Virus record (IMG/VR): IMGVR_UViG_3300025108_000038
DNA from: an uncultured virus (IMG/VR IMGVR_UViG_3300025108_000038)
Lineage: Duplodnaviria; Heunggongvirae; Uroviricota; Caudoviricetes; Crassvirales
Length of the DNA stretch: 64,000 nucleotides
Strand: one strand, 5' to 3'
Numbering within the stretch: the stretch's first letter is position 1; each line of letters opens with the position of its first letter. Shown piece by piece: positions 18,801 through 28,924 of the stretch. The position numbers and the translations under genes were made by a program. The notes under the pieces were generated by a model. The model was not told the DNA's origin and did no database searches. It saw only the letters and a list, made by a program, of their open reading frames with translations.

Positions 18801-21800
18801 TAAATCAGAAAAACAAGAATTAGCTGATCCTTTAGGTATATCTTCATTAATAGGTAAAATAACTGAACAGCAATTTATAGACGCGAATGATGCTAACAAT
18901 GTTACTTCTAACATGAGGCGTTATTGGTTTGCCAAGAAACAAAAAAATATGTTTGGCAAAGAGACTGGACAAGATACAGATACTCGTGGCTTAGATGATT
19001 TAGTAATGGAGCTTGATGGATATACTCAAGAAAGAGAAAGCGACTACATTCAGCAGGTTGTTGAGTTTATAATACAAAATGATACTGGAAAAGTAAAGGC
19101 GCAGACTGGAAAATCTCCTGGTTTAGTAGATTTAGAAATTAAATTTGAAAAACTAACTGGACTTAAACCAACGAAAAAAAATATAGACACTGTTGTTTCA
19201 ATTGATCCAAACAGAGAGCCGAATACATTAACGGATACAAAAAACAAAGAAGCAAACAGAAAAGCGGCTTCCGAACCTGGAGTATTTACTAAAGGAAAAA
19301 GAGGTATAAACCCAAAGAGAATAACGCAAGGTAAGAAAAAGAAATCTACTCTTGTGATAGATGCTAATGGTTTAGTTACTCAAATACAACTTGAATCAAA
19401 AGCAGCAAAGGAATCTGAAGCTTCATATAAAGCGGCTCAACAGAGAGTATTAGATCAGATAAAAGATCTTCAAGTAAGAGGTGTGGTTAGGGCTAAACAA
19501 GCTTTAGTTATGACTCGAAAAGTATTAAGAACAAATTTTAGTAAAGAGGCTCAGGTAAAAAACTTATCTAAGTATGTTACTGATGTAATGAACTCAGCTA
19601 CAATTAATGATCAAATAGCCAGAATACAGAAAAAGACTAAACGAAAAAAAGGAGGAGTTCTGTATAATATTAAAAAAGGAAAAGTTGGTGCAGATAATAA
19701 TGCGTTAATAGACGTTTTAAAAATATTAGCAAAAGCAGAAATATCTTCTATACCCTTAGATAAGTTAGATTCTTTTGAGGCTTTAGTTGATATTTATGGA
19801 GCAAGTAAAAAAACATTAAACATCCAGAATGTAGGCGCGGATACTAAGGCAGCTTTGGATATTATAAACAGTCTTGATGCGGAAGCAGATACAGATGTAA
19901 AAGTTGAAAAAGTTAAAAAAGAAAAAGAATCAAAAGAGTATAATCTTGATGAAGCTATAGTTGAAATAAAAGATATAAAAGCTGATACTGATTTAATATC
20001 AAATAAAGATTCTAAAAAGATTGCTGAAGAACTAAACTTAATTACAGATGAAGATATAAAAGAGTTAGTAAATGAAAATGAAGATGGTACTTTTGATTAC
20101 TCTATGGTAGAAAGTTTACGATCTGTCATGCAGAATCTTTCTCAAGGTATTGTGACTCCAGAAGCTAATAATATTTTATTAGAAGTAAAAAGTAATAAGG
20201 CTGCGAAAATTGTTACAAAGCCATTCAGTAAAATAACTTTATCAGGTATAAAGAGAAACTTTAAAAACTTATCTTCATCCATTAAACTTGCAATAACAAG
20301 CAGAAGTCCTTCAGGTAAAAACATAATATTAGATAAAGTAAGATCTAATGTTGCTTCATATATTGATGATGCTTTCGGTAATTTAAATAGCACTGTAATA
20401 TTTGATAACACTTTTGGTTTACTTGCTAAAACATATGAGGCTTTTAAAGTAAACACTGATCAAGGGTTCAGTAAAATAGAGTCGGCTGAAAAAGTTCTGG
20501 AGTTTGATGGAAAAGGAATTATTCGTAGAACAGCAAGATTTGGAAATAGTGCAAACAAAATTGTAGCTAAAAAATATAAGATTAGATTATTACAGTTAGC
20601 AAGAGAGCATATTTTAAACTTAGATAAAAACGGAAAGCCTAATAAAAAAGCTCCTTCAGCAAAAGAAATGATTGATGCTACGATAGAGTTTTATAAAAAA
20701 CCAGAAAACAAAAACGTATATAAAAACGATTTAAAAATATTAGAGCAACTTGTTGAGGAATTTACTGTAGATGGTGAGATTAGTTTAGATAAATTAGAAT
20801 CCAGCTTAACTAAAGGTGAAAAAAAGGCTTTATCAATATATGATGAGGTTAATAATAGTTTAGCTGAGAAAGGTTTATTTACGTCTTCAGTTATTAGATC
20901 AAATAGAATAGACTTATTAAATGGATATTCTCATAGAGTTGTTTTATCAAATGAAACAAGTGCAGCTATTGATGAAAAGGCTGTTGAGTTTTCTAAGGCT
21001 TCTACAAAGTCTGGTACTTTTGAAGGTAGAACTAATGGGCCAAAACCTATTAGCTTTGATCCTTCTTTGTCTGCTCAAAGAGGTTTACAAGAAACCAATA
21101 TAGATTATTTTATGACCTCAAAAATACGAGAGGTTATGAAGACTGTAAACAAGGTTTCAAAAAATATGAAAGCTGATGGTACTGACGCTCAAATTCAAGC
21201 TGCTGATGCTTTAAAGAAGTCAGTAGAAGAAGTGATAAAGATTACTTATGGAGAAACTATGAGACCAGTTGGTGTTGGTGAAATGTTTTTGAATAGGATA
21301 AAAAGAAATGCTTATCAGGCAATATTAGCTGGTGTCCCAAGGATGGGAATAGAACTTGCTTCCAACCTTAGTTTTGTTATGGCTAATCCGAAAGCAGCAC
21401 TACTTGGTTTTAAGAAGTTTTCTGGACTTGCATATTTGGGAGGCAAAAAAGGTGCTGATATATTAAATAATTTAGGATCTTCTGAAACCACTAAGCAATA
21501 TAATGCTAAAACTTTTACTTCTCGATTTGCTGATATGTCTAACTTTGCTCAAAGCTCGCCAGACTCAATGAGAGCTAAAAGTGGGTTTATGAATGTTTTA
21601 GGTATACTTGGAAGGTTAGGCCCAAAACAAACTATTAGTGCTATTGATCAAATTGCTGGCGCTATTATATCTACTCCTGATAGAGCAATGACCAGACCAA
21701 TGTGGTATGGAACTTTTGCTTTAAAATTTGAGGCTGAAACAGGAATTAAATTAAGTAAAAAAGATTTTGTTGAAATAGGTGAAGGAACTTCTAAATACCT

Positions 21801-22800
21801 AAGCGATGAATATTCTGATGCGGTAAAGAAATCTACCGCAGAAGCAGATAGAATGGGTGTTAGAATAAGTAGTTCTCAAAACCCATTTAAAGGTGTAATA
21901 AAAAACATGAGAAGAAATGATCCTAATCAGCCAATGCTTTTAAATACTTACAGGGCTGTAAATAAATTTATGGCAACCTTTAGTTTATTTGAATACGGAA
22001 CAGTTCGTAATGCAGTAGGGGCTTTACAAAGAAGTGGTGATATGAGCAAGAAGCAAGCTGTTGGAATTATGACCGCTGCAACTGTAAGGATGACGATGTA
22101 TCCTCTTTTATTATCTCTTGTTTCAGACGGATTTGATGAGCTGTTTACTGACGCAGAATATGAAGAAGATGATTCTTCGATTGAAGATATGATCACTCGA
22201 CAAACAATTGGTACAGTGTTAACTTTAATGACTCGAAGAAGTATGGGTAATATACCTAACCTTCTACCTGCTTTTGGTATAGAGAAGTTTAATGAATATA
22301 TGTTAGGAGAATTTAGAGAAGGAGAGTATGATCCTTTTAAGCATTCTATTACATTTTCTCAGTTTAATGAAGGAGATTTAAAAAAGAAGGGATTAATAGA
22401 AACCACTATTGGATTACTTGCTGGGCCAATGGGGCCAATAATTAAAACTCTTCAAAGAAGTACAGATTTAGCTGTAAGATCTATTACTAATAAGACAGAA
22501 GAGAGTAGAGAAAAAAACAAAAAAGAACTCACAAATCGTATGGCTCTGGAGCTTATGGGTAATTTAGGCCTTATTCCTTTCTATAAAGATGTAAGAAGAG
22601 TTGTAATGAAAGAAATGTTTGAAGATGACGTTGTTAAAAGAAGAAAAACTAAAAAAGCTAAAGAAAGAAAACAATATTTAGATTTTTTAAAAGATAATGA
22701 TCCAAAAGAATATAGATACCAGCTACGTCAAGATAAACTAAAAGATTCTGATAAAATTAATTCAGATGTAATTAGCGGAGGAGATGTTATAAAACAATAA
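15871..22800 (+). CDS. Large internal virion (ejection) protein 3
   Basis: 2309 aa; Gly/Ala hydrophobic segment, long charged helical region, PQVEV repeats. Confidence 0.55.
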   Translation: MELLDDLLGLLEGIVDDKETLQGIIDSEGLEVLYDEIDPEAFPTMEGYLSYFGELQKKKEETGDTPIISPEENTESNTQTPQVEGAGSSDSSPTTVDIPQVEVPQVEVPQADVDEANINVTPNIEQEELPGILDPTSNAKKLYEIVDDEIVILGDDGMPKKDKEDETWLEESWLGQAMDWAFDDVPILGVLSADFWGDMYRAIGNGYTKGQSVDDSIALFAKGKNISDQDLQEYIAAVKRSENVTVSDEMKSFQKIYDENGGGVLGFILGFGSNLSIAPELLIDSLSSMINPASAAAAGAGAATGAATGAALTAVSGPGALFGTGAGAIGGAMGGASAALEFGMSYTEFMKEEVEAKGGKFDVEGIRMVLNDDQALQRIRNRAATRGLAIGMIDAMTAGVAGKAIGGTGKALAKGTAKRLAAGGKGTVTRAMVNKGIEISAGLGVEIAGGSLGEATARALAGQEMDVAEIGLEGFAGAGNAPISLARGIYTTPRYNLNGDLVTKDYMLATIGTATPDQIAGMNIEIKNDKKMQSVITDLKATSQFDADLQALGVPPGPQRDAIVKLELEKSKLPDARSEATRQRRNQIDQEINFLINESSTITETVEISRDGNTFTEVLSVSKAEARAKLKEEGIESATEGQISDMQKAMMEQLKNSDTQAEKAIIADQKIADDIKKEVEESITDQEVQDKINKDTYTDKEFDNAKQLLIKEKVDAIQESSTTQVDVQESSRDGEGVGEVNVQEEITEESPAKNEQESSEPTTQEEAEVVESTEVVEEESRPLKEKIKNIVDEIADGENGFSKKWFNPVLMKKAGITTDEDVKEYYIQSIENGEVINDLNKEFLNNEFKRLGIENKKKGVDSKPKSFETIPPSQRKGGTQRFKVPGSRTVDVEVDAEGKAYAVNRKTGRPLEKTPPKAQEFILKNVIDVNEGTPLQLDESTNLTPEQYISEIAENSNNIKEVAETIDLERKRSKELSKSEKQELADPLGISSLIGKITEQQFIDANDANNVTSNMRRYWFAKKQKNMFGKETGQDTDTRGLDDLVMELDGYTQERESDYIQQVVEFIIQNDTGKVKAQTGKSPGLVDLEIKFEKLTGLKPTKKNIDTVVSIDPNREPNTLTDTKNKEANRKAASEPGVFTKGKRGINPKRITQGKKKKSTLVIDANGLVTQIQLESKAAKESEASYKAAQQRVLDQIKDLQVRGVVRAKQALVMTRKVLRTNFSKEAQVKNLSKYVTDVMNSATINDQIARIQKKTKRKKGGVLYNIKKGKVGADNNALIDVLKILAKAEISSIPLDKLDSFEALVDIYGASKKTLNIQNVGADTKAALDIINSLDAEADTDVKVEKVKKEKESKEYNLDEAIVEIKDIKADTDLISNKDSKKIAEELNLITDEDIKELVNENEDGTFDYSMVESLRSVMQNLSQGIVTPEANNILLEVKSNKAAKIVTKPFSKITLSGIKRNFKNLSSSIKLAITSRSPSGKNIILDKVRSNVASYIDDAFGNLNSTVIFDNTFGLLAKTYEAFKVNTDQGFSKIESAEKVLEFDGKGIIRRTARFGNSANKIVAKKYKIRLLQLAREHILNLDKNGKPNKKAPSAKEMIDATIEFYKKPENKNVYKNDLKILEQLVEEFTVDGEISLDKLESSLTKGEKKALSIYDEVNNSLAEKGLFTSSVIRSNRIDLLNGYSHRVVLSNETSAAIDEKAVEFSKASTKSGTFEGRTNGPKPISFDPSLSAQRGLQETNIDYFMTSKIREVMKTVNKVSKNMKADGTDAQIQAADALKKSVEEVIKITYGETMRPVGVGEMFLNRIKRNAYQAILAGVPRMGIELASNLSFVMANPKAALLGFKKFSGLAYLGGKKGADILNNLGSSETTKQYNAKTFTSRFADMSNFAQSSPDSMRAKSGFMNVLGILGRLGPKQTISAIDQIAGAIISTPDRAMTRPMWYGTFALKFEAETGIKLSKKDFVEIGEGTSKYLSDEYSDAVKKSTAEADRMGVRISSSQNPFKGVIKNMRRNDPNQPMLLNTYRAVNKFMATFSLFEYGTVRNAVGALQRSGDMSKKQAVGIMTAATVRMTMYPLLLSLVSDGFDELFTDAEYEEDDSSIEDMITRQTIGTVLTLMTRRSMGNIPNLLPAFGIEKFNEYMLGEFREGEYDPFKHSITFSQFNEGDLKKKGLIETTIGLLAGPMGPIIKTLQRSTDLAVRSITNKTEESREKNKKELTNRMALELMGNLGLIPFYKDVRRVVMKEMFEDDVVKRRKTKKAKERKQYLDFLKDNDPKEYRYQLRQDKLKDSDKINSDVISGGDVIKQ

Positions 22801-22804
22801 ACGT

Positions 22805-23044
22805 ATGGCTTTTGACGAACATAAATGTATGATAGACAGTTATAAAATTTTAACTGGAAAGGAAGACTATAAAGATATGCTTGAAAAAGATGAGCGTATA
22901 TATTTACTATTTAATCCTTCAAGACCTCTTATTCCTATGGAAAATGATGTTTATGATAATGTTAGGCAATACTTTGAAGATATCCAGGATTACAAGAAGT
23001 GCGCTGAAATACACTGGGCTAAGTGTAAGGCTAAAAATTCTTAG
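22805..23044 (+). CDS. Small protein with UVR-like C-terminal motif
   Basis: YFEDIQDYKKCAEI. Confidence 0.4.
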   Translation: MAFDEHKCMIDSYKILTGKEDYKDMLEKDERIYLLFNPSRPLIPMENDVYDNVRQYFEDIQDYKKCAEIHWAKCKAKNS

Positions 23045-23351
23045 AATAATTTTTCCTTTCCGCTTCCAGTTTGTAGTACAAAAACGCTTGAAATCCATTC
23101 ACGTGTGAGTCTGTTGGAAAAAAGTATTTCCATCCTTTTGATCTTCCTTTATTTATGTAGTAGAAAAAAGCAACTGCAACTTTACCTCCTGTCTTAGAAA
23201 AATTAACGCAAGCACTGTGATCTGAAGTTGGTATTATTTCTTCAACAGTAAAAGCTTCATTGTTTACGTTTCCAACTCTTGCGGTGTTAGAGTATCTTTT
23301 TGCGATGGTTTCACAAAACTCTTGTAACTCTGTAGCTATTCCTTTATTCAT
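23031..23351 (-). CDS. Hypothetical protein
   Basis: 106 aa; last gene of the leftward operon. Confidence 0.6.
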   Translation of the reverse strand: MNKGIATELQEFCETIAKRYSNTARVGNVNNEAFTVEEIIPTSDHSACVNFSKTGGKVAVAFFYYINKGRSKGWKYFFPTDSHVNGFQAFLYYKLEAERKNYSKNF

Positions 23352-23464
23352 AATTTCTGTTGTAGTTTTTTTATCTTCAACAATACTTTAGCTGATTGAG
23401 GTAGTTTTTTTAATCTTAAAATTTCTGCTATTATATTGTTTTTTTGATCTGCTTTAGACTTCAT
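23348..23464 (-). CDS. Small basic hypothetical protein (38 aa, MKSKADQKNN...)
   Basis: Manually translated; fills the gap, with ATGA coupling to the next gene. Confidence 0.5.
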   Translation of the reverse strand: MKSKADQKNNIIAEILRLKKLPQSAKVLLKIKKLQQKL

Positions 23465-23648
23465 CAGATAAAGATTTAATTAAATCATTCATTAGTATAA
23501 TTATATTTTTAGCCTTTAGCTTTGCTTTGTCGTGGTCTCTATCCATTAAATCTTCGTACAAATCATCAGTCAAAGAATGCATACTGTTAGACACATAGTT
23601 TATGTGGTTTATCGCTTGTATGTCATCAGCTGATATTGGATTTGCCAT
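23454..23648 (-). CDS. Hypothetical protein
   Basis: 64 aa; coupled to neighbours. Confidence 0.6.
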   Translation of the reverse strand: MANPISADDIQAINHINYVSNSMHSLTDDLYEDLMDRDHDKAKLKAKNIIILMNDLIKSLSDEV

Positions 23649-23884
23649 TAATCTATAGATTTTAATATAAGGCGTCCGACTGACGGATCAATTTTAGATA
23701 TAGCTTTGTATAACTTTTTAGACTTAGACTTAGTAATATTTCTCTCTGTTTGAGTAGACTCCGTACCCATATTTGTATAAAGTGAGCAGTCTATAAAAAG
23801 CAAAGTATCAACTTTCTTTTTGTCAGTCCATGAAGTAAAATTCATGATTTTATCTAAATCTTCAAACGTATATTTACATTCCAT
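23648..23884 (-). CDS. Hypothetical protein
   Basis: 78 aa; coupled to neighbours. Confidence 0.6.
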   Translation of the reverse strand: MECKYTFEDLDKIMNFTSWTDKKKVDTLLFIDCSLYTNMGTESTQTERNITKSKSKKLYKAISKIDPSVGRLILKSID

Positions 23885-24398
23885 TTAATAAAGTATTTAC
23901 TTTTCTTTTAAACTCGTCAAACCTATCTCCAACCCTAAAACCCCACTCTTGACTTAACTCTAAGTATTTGTGATATTTTCCTGTGTAGTCGGAAAGCTTA
24001 GTATTTAGCTCATCCACCTCCAAATTTAACATTTTATTTTGATTTATAAGGTATCTTATCCTTGTTTTTAACTCTTGGTCTGAAACTTCAACAGAGTTAT
24101 CAACATTTCCGAGCCACATATACATAACATTATTATGCTTACTGGCCAGGTTTTTATCAAACTTTAACAAGAAAGGAAGTTGTTTTAAGCTATGTAATAC
24201 TGTTGCATGGTTTTTGTTTAAAACTTTTGCGATATCACTTAGTGTCATATTTAAATGTTTTCTTAGAATTTTATATAATATAGCTCTTCCGAACACATAA
24301 ATTCTCTGTCTTCTTTTTGGGTTTTGCATTAAATCAATACCTAACTCTTCGTTTATAATTAATATTATATTGTTTATTCCTTTATCAATAGGTTTCAT
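23874..24398 (-). CDS. DnaA domain-IV-like HTH protein with coiled coil
   Basis: TLSDIAKVLNKNHATVLHSLK matches the DnaA C-terminal signature (SL..IG..F.RDHTTVLHA). Confidence 0.7.
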   Translation of the reverse strand: MKPIDKGINNIILIINEELGIDLMQNPKRRQRIYVFGRAILYKILRKHLNMTLSDIAKVLNKNHATVLHSLKQLPFLLKFDKNLASKHNNVMYMWLGNVDNSVEVSDQELKTRIRYLINQNKMLNLEVDELNTKLSDYTGKYHKYLELSQEWGFRVGDRFDEFKRKVNTLLNGM

Positions 24399-24709
24399 TT
24401 TATATGTAAGTTTAAATTAATTAAATCGAGATAATCATCAGAACTTATTATTTTTAGATCCGACAACATTAAAAAAGATCCTTGTGTTCTTATTATTTCT
24501 AATGCAAAAAATATATTTTCATTTTTATATTTTACCGTACCTCCCAATATTTGAGATATATAATCATTTACTGGTAGATATAAAACTTTAGAGTCAATGT
24601 ATTCAGAAATAACTAAAGACAATCCCAGCTCAAGGGAGTCTAAAGCTTCAAGATATTCCTCATAAACATCATATCCATCATCCTTTATATACTTCAGTTT
24701 TAAACCCAT
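24395..24709 (-). CDS. Hypothetical protein
   Basis: 104 aa in the operon. Confidence 0.55.
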   Translation of the reverse strand: MGLKLKYIKDDGYDVYEEYLEALDSLELGLSLVISEYIDSKVLYLPVNDYISQILGGTVKYKNENIFFALEIIRTQGSFLMLSDLKIISSDDYLDLINLNLHIK

Positions 24710-24917
24710 ATTTTTTTAATTCTTTTATTCTAAACTTTTGAAGATCAGACAATACTCCTTTTGGTTTTTTTATTTCAGAGAAAAGAACATCACATCCTGG
24801 AGGAAGCGCTATCAAATCAGGTATACCATTTTTATTTGTAAGTTTCAGTTTTATAACATAATACCCTTCTCCTTCAAGTTCTTTTATTCTTTTGTTCTGT
24901 ATCTGTTGTTCCGTCAT
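24678..24917 (-). CDS. VRR-NUC family nuclease
   Basis: MTEQQIQ...GIPDLI...FSEIKKPKG.LSDLQ; start moved to ATG 24917. Confidence 0.8.
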   Translation of the reverse strand: MTEQQIQNKRIKELEGEGYYVIKLKLTNKNGIPDLIALPPGCDVLFSEIKKPKGVLSDLQKFRIKELKKYGFKTEVYKG

Positions 24918-25098
24918 ATCCGTTTTGTTTCCAGTCAATCCAAAAACCAATTCCTACCATTATATGTAAAACAATAGACAAAGCGTATTCATATAGGTCA
25001 TGCCAGGTTGCAAAGTGTAAATGTACGTGTCCAATTACCCAAAATGGTATTGCCATTTGTTGACTGTACCAAATTAAAAAAAATTTTATAAACTTCAT
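24874..25098 (-). CDS. Small membrane protein
   Basis: Two hydrophobic, His-containing segments. Confidence 0.5.
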   Translation of the reverse strand: MKFIKFFLIWYSQQMAIPFWVIGHVHLHFATWHDLYEYALSIVLHIMVGIGFWIDWKQNGYDGTTDTEQKNKRT

Positions 25099-26324
25099 AA
25101 GGACAATAGATCTCTTTTAAAATGTCTTAGGGTGTAATCTTTTTTCTTTGTAACAGCCTTGTATATTTCTTTTTCTATACCATCTTTTGAAAATACCCAA
25201 TAAACATCGCTTTCCAATCTTTCTTTAGTTGTCATACGATCCCTGGACTGCCAGTAACTGGTAGCTGAAAAATCAATATTATAATATACCAGACATTCAG
25301 CTTTCCGTAGAGATATTCCTTCTCTTCCGCTTACGATTTGCAAAGCTATGGTTTTATTTGTTTCGTTAAATGTTTCTAAATCAGTACATAAACCATCTCC
25401 GTAAACTTCTTTTAGTGCATTTAACTCTTCCTTGAATTTATAAAATATACCGATTTTAGCATCAGCAAAGTTATCGTGTATAAACTCTGCTTTACTTAAA
25501 TCAATAATCATAGAGTTTCCTGATTCAAATTTTACAGTTCCTGAATACATTTGATGAAGCTTCATCATAAGTTTTACTGGAGTATCAGCTAATATCACGT
25601 CTTCACTTCCTTCAATAACTAAATGTTTTTTTAATTTACTTGTTAGTTGATATGTCATCGGACTCATCTCTACTTCTAAAATATGTTCTTTAGTGTTAAT
25701 TTTAAACCCAGCTTCTTTTTGAGTATAAGAAATAGTATGTGGTTTCATCTCATCAATAATTGATTGTAGGCCATCTGAGTAATCGTTTATGTAAAGAGAA
25801 TTGATTTTTCTTTGCTTAACATTTACGTATTGTTTAGAAAACTTATAAAAGTTTACATAATCACTAAATGGATGTTTACGAACTACTGATACTTGATGGT
25901 ACATTTGACTAAATGATTCAGGTGTTGGTGTTCCAGATAAGAATATTACAAAAGGATTGTTTTCTAAGATCAAAGAACGAACTTGCGTTGATCTTTTGTT
26001 TCTTTTTGGAAACGCTCCCATACCATGGGCCTCATCACAGATTACCATATCCCAGCCTCTCTGGTCTATTTTATGAAGTGATTCGTAGTTAATAACAGTA
26101 ATATTGTAAGAAGGATCAAGAAGTTTATAGTCATCTTGTATACTGCTTATAGCTTTTTTCTTAGTAATAAATAAAAGGTTAGAGACTGGCAAAAGCGCAC
26201 TTACACCCAAGCTCGTGAGAGTTTTACCAGTTCTTACCTCCATTGCAAGATAAACAAATTTATCTTTTAACAATAGAGGCTTGGCTTTATTAATTATTTC
26301 TTTTTGATAGTCTCTAAACTCCAT
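25095..26324 (-). CDS. SF2 (SNF2-like) DNA helicase
   Basis: RDYQ Q-motif, MEVRTGKT, DEAH, LSGTP, SGREGISL, QSRDR. Confidence 0.85.
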   Translation of the reverse strand: MEFRDYQKEIINKAKPLLLKDKFVYLAMEVRTGKTLTSLGVSALLPVSNLLFITKKKAISSIQDDYKLLDPSYNITVINYESLHKIDQRGWDMVICDEAHGMGAFPKRNKRSTQVRSLILENNPFVIFLSGTPTPESFSQMYHQVSVVRKHPFSDYVNFYKFSKQYVNVKQRKINSLYINDYSDGLQSIIDEMKPHTISYTQKEAGFKINTKEHILEVEMSPMTYQLTSKLKKHLVIEGSEDVILADTPVKLMMKLHQMYSGTVKFESGNSMIIDLSKAEFIHDNFADAKIGIFYKFKEELNALKEVYGDGLCTDLETFNETNKTIALQIVSGREGISLRKAECLVYYNIDFSATSYWQSRDRMTTKERLESDVYWVFSKDGIEKEIYKAVTKKKDYTLRHFKRDLLSL

Positions 26325-26325
26325 A

Positions 26326-28737
26326 TTAAAAATCTAATCTTCCGTTTTCTTCTAACTCGTGCTTACTTCTAAACCTTATCCATCTACCTTGTGAATCTCT
26401 ATCTTCTTCAGGTTTGCAATTGTATTTGTATACAGAATAAGCAGTAAGCCATTTATAAAATTTAGTTCGTGAAACAGTAAACTTAGACTTTGGAGCAAAG
26501 TCTGGATTGTCTTCAACAAAATCTAAATATAGGTCACTCTTGTATACCCTTCCAGCTTGCTTTAATTTTTCGTGTTGTGATCCTCCACCTATTTCTCCGC
26601 TCCATTCTAAAAATTCGTGACAAGTTTCTGCTGATAATTGTCTTGTCTTTAGGTTTATAAATTTTGATTTTATAAGGCCATGATTCATATAAGTTTGAAC
26701 ACAACTTATCATATAATTATCAAATTGACACCATTCATCATCATCCCATTCTCCAAACATAAGTTTTCCAAATTCCATAAGTGGTGTAAAATCTTTGGTG
26801 TAGTGCTGGGCTAATTCTAATTCCCATTTTCTTCTTTCAAAAGATGATCCTTTACCTTTGATAGCGTAATTTGTTGTTATAGAGACTTTAGGTGATTTAC
26901 TAAATGGAATTTTTATAGCATCTTTATTTTTCTTTTCCAGGACTAAGCCTTCTGTAACAACAGAAAATAATCTTTCAAAGTCAAAATGCTTCTTCACATC
27001 ATCAAAACATAATATTTGAGTATCAACACTAACAGTTTGATAAGCAAAGCTTTTTTCAAAATTAAACGACTTACCATCTATAAATACTAATTTTTTCATA
27101 TGACTCAAGGCGTTCATAAAAATACCCTTACCTGTTCCTCCTTCTGGATTATCTGATATTACCTCATCATTTAATATTACTGCTGGACAGTAGGATAAGT
27201 TTTTCCAGGCATGAAGTAAATACCCTATTGTTGACTTCATAGAATTAACTCTGTTATCATCTTTACCACAAATGTTTTTAATAAATTGCTGGTAATCACA
27301 ACTTTCTGCATCACATTCATTAAAAACTCTATCTATTACGTGATCTTTCCATACGTAACCACCTAAATCTAAGTAGTCGATTTTTATAAGTTGATTGTTA
27401 GTTATTTTTACTGCACAATTTTTATAATACAGATAGGCACTATCTTTTGTATCTTCTATAAAATAAACCGCAATAGATGACAGAAGGGTTAAAAACTCTT
27501 CTCTAAAATACCTGGTATGTTCAGCAAAATAATTATAAACACTTAGATCGTCTACTTCTAATAGATAGTTTAAAATAAAATCTTTTATTTCTTTCTCAGA
27601 AGTGTGATCTATTAAGTTGTTAGTTACTCTTACAAAAACATAATTCTTACTTCCTTCAGGGTTAAACTTATAAAATCCATTCTCCTCCAGGAATTGCTTG
27701 AAAAGTATGTGAACTATTTTTATAACTCCTTTGTCGTTTTTTGTCCAAAACTGATTGTTTGCATTTTCTTCATCTAAACGAGCCAACACATTGTCTATGG
27801 TAGCGACCTCAATATCTGACTCTTGCAATTGAGATCTAATTTCTTTTTTTGGTACACCTCTTTTTAACTTCATTCTTAAGTTGTTAAGGCGATCTTCATC
27901 TTCATAATACTTTGTACCAAAATTATGCTTATTAGAATAAGCACTTCGTATTGTCCTTCTTATCTCTTCTCTATCAAAATTTTTTGTTTGATAATTATTT
28001 AATACTGACTCAGCTAAAGATTGGTATACTCCAAAATCATTTAAAGCGGCAGCCAAAACATAAGCATTATTGTTTCTTTCTCCTTCATTCATGGGAAATT
28101 TCTTTTCCCACCATTTAACTAATATTTCTACTATTTTATTTTCATCCGTTACTGGTATTGTTGGTATATCAGTATTCTTATTTACTTCGTTGTATTCTTG
28201 TTCTTGTATGCTATCCCATAAACTTGACTGAGCGTTTATGTGAATTAATGGATCATAAGACTCATAGCAGACTCTTGAGACGTTTTTACAAGACTTATCG
28301 AAGTAATCGCTATCAAAATGTTTTTGAAGGCTTAGGAAGTAGCTTTTATGATTCTCTGTAATTGGAGGTATTTTAACTAAAACTTTTAAGCCATTACCAC
28401 TTGGAGAAATAAATACTGCATAAACATATTTATCTTTTGAAAGCTTTTCTTTTTCTTGTAATAAATCTTTACTTGACTTGTACCCATCAAAGTCCAAGCA
28501 TATCAAACCACTATGCTCTTTTAAAGCTTTGTCATTTCGTTTTGTAAATTTTCCACTAAAACAAATTGCTGGTAGTTTTTGCTTTAATATGTTCCTATTA
28601 TTCTTATCTTTTTCGGCACGTATTTTTTTAACTATATCCTTGGAAGATCCATCTTGTATTCTTTTTAACACCAGGTTTATATTTCTGTAGAAGGGTTGTG
28701 ATGTCTGTTTTATGTCTTTAAATATGGTTATGTCCAT
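26326..28737 (-). CDS. Primase-helicase (VirE-N/BT4734-like primase, PriCT, P-loop helicase)
   Basis: CLDFD, FISPSGNGLK, DKSCKNVSRVCYES, GERNN, Walker A GGTGKG, FDD Walker B. Confidence 0.85.
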   Translation of the reverse strand: MDITIFKDIKQTSQPFYRNINLVLKRIQDGSSKDIVKKIRAEKDKNNRNILKQKLPAICFSGKFTKRNDKALKEHSGLICLDFDGYKSSKDLLQEKEKLSKDKYVYAVFISPSGNGLKVLVKIPPITENHKSYFLSLQKHFDSDYFDKSCKNVSRVCYESYDPLIHINAQSSLWDSIQEQEYNEVNKNTDIPTIPVTDENKIVEILVKWWEKKFPMNEGERNNNAYVLAAALNDFGVYQSLAESVLNNYQTKNFDREEIRRTIRSAYSNKHNFGTKYYEDEDRLNNLRMKLKRGVPKKEIRSQLQESDIEVATIDNVLARLDEENANNQFWTKNDKGVIKIVHILFKQFLEENGFYKFNPEGSKNYVFVRVTNNLIDHTSEKEIKDFILNYLLEVDDLSVYNYFAEHTRYFREEFLTLLSSIAVYFIEDTKDSAYLYYKNCAVKITNNQLIKIDYLDLGGYVWKDHVIDRVFNECDAESCDYQQFIKNICGKDDNRVNSMKSTIGYLLHAWKNLSYCPAVILNDEVISDNPEGGTGKGIFMNALSHMKKLVFIDGKSFNFEKSFAYQTVSVDTQILCFDDVKKHFDFERLFSVVTEGLVLEKKNKDAIKIPFSKSPKVSITTNYAIKGKGSSFERRKWELELAQHYTKDFTPLMEFGKLMFGEWDDDEWCQFDNYMISCVQTYMNHGLIKSKFINLKTRQLSAETCHEFLEWSGEIGGGSQHEKLKQAGRVYKSDLYLDFVEDNPDFAPKSKFTVSRTKFYKWLTAYSVYKYNCKPEEDRDSQGRWIRFRSKHELEENGRLDF

Positions 28738-28915
28738 TTTATGTTGATTTTATGTTGATTTTATTTTACTTAACTATCTCTTTATTAGTTACTTATATAT
28801 TTTAATGTCGAAAATGTCAATAATATATAATAATAATGTAGATAAAGAAGTAGTTGTTTTATATTTTTTTCTATAGATCTCTTTGTAGAGTTAAATTTCT
28901 GTCATTCGACACGAG
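28738..28915. other. Candidate replication origin (AT-rich, ATGTYGA repeats and inverse TCGACA)
   Basis: Non-coding, directly upstream of the primase-helicase; motifs shared with 38461-38655. Confidence 0.45.
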
Positions 28916-28924
28916 ACAAAAGAT

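Noticed and set aside
15871..22800. Virion RNA polymerase like that of crAss-like phage phi14:2
   Set aside because: Size and position fit, but I found no DxDxD-type catalytic motif; kept as an ejection protein pending a structure search
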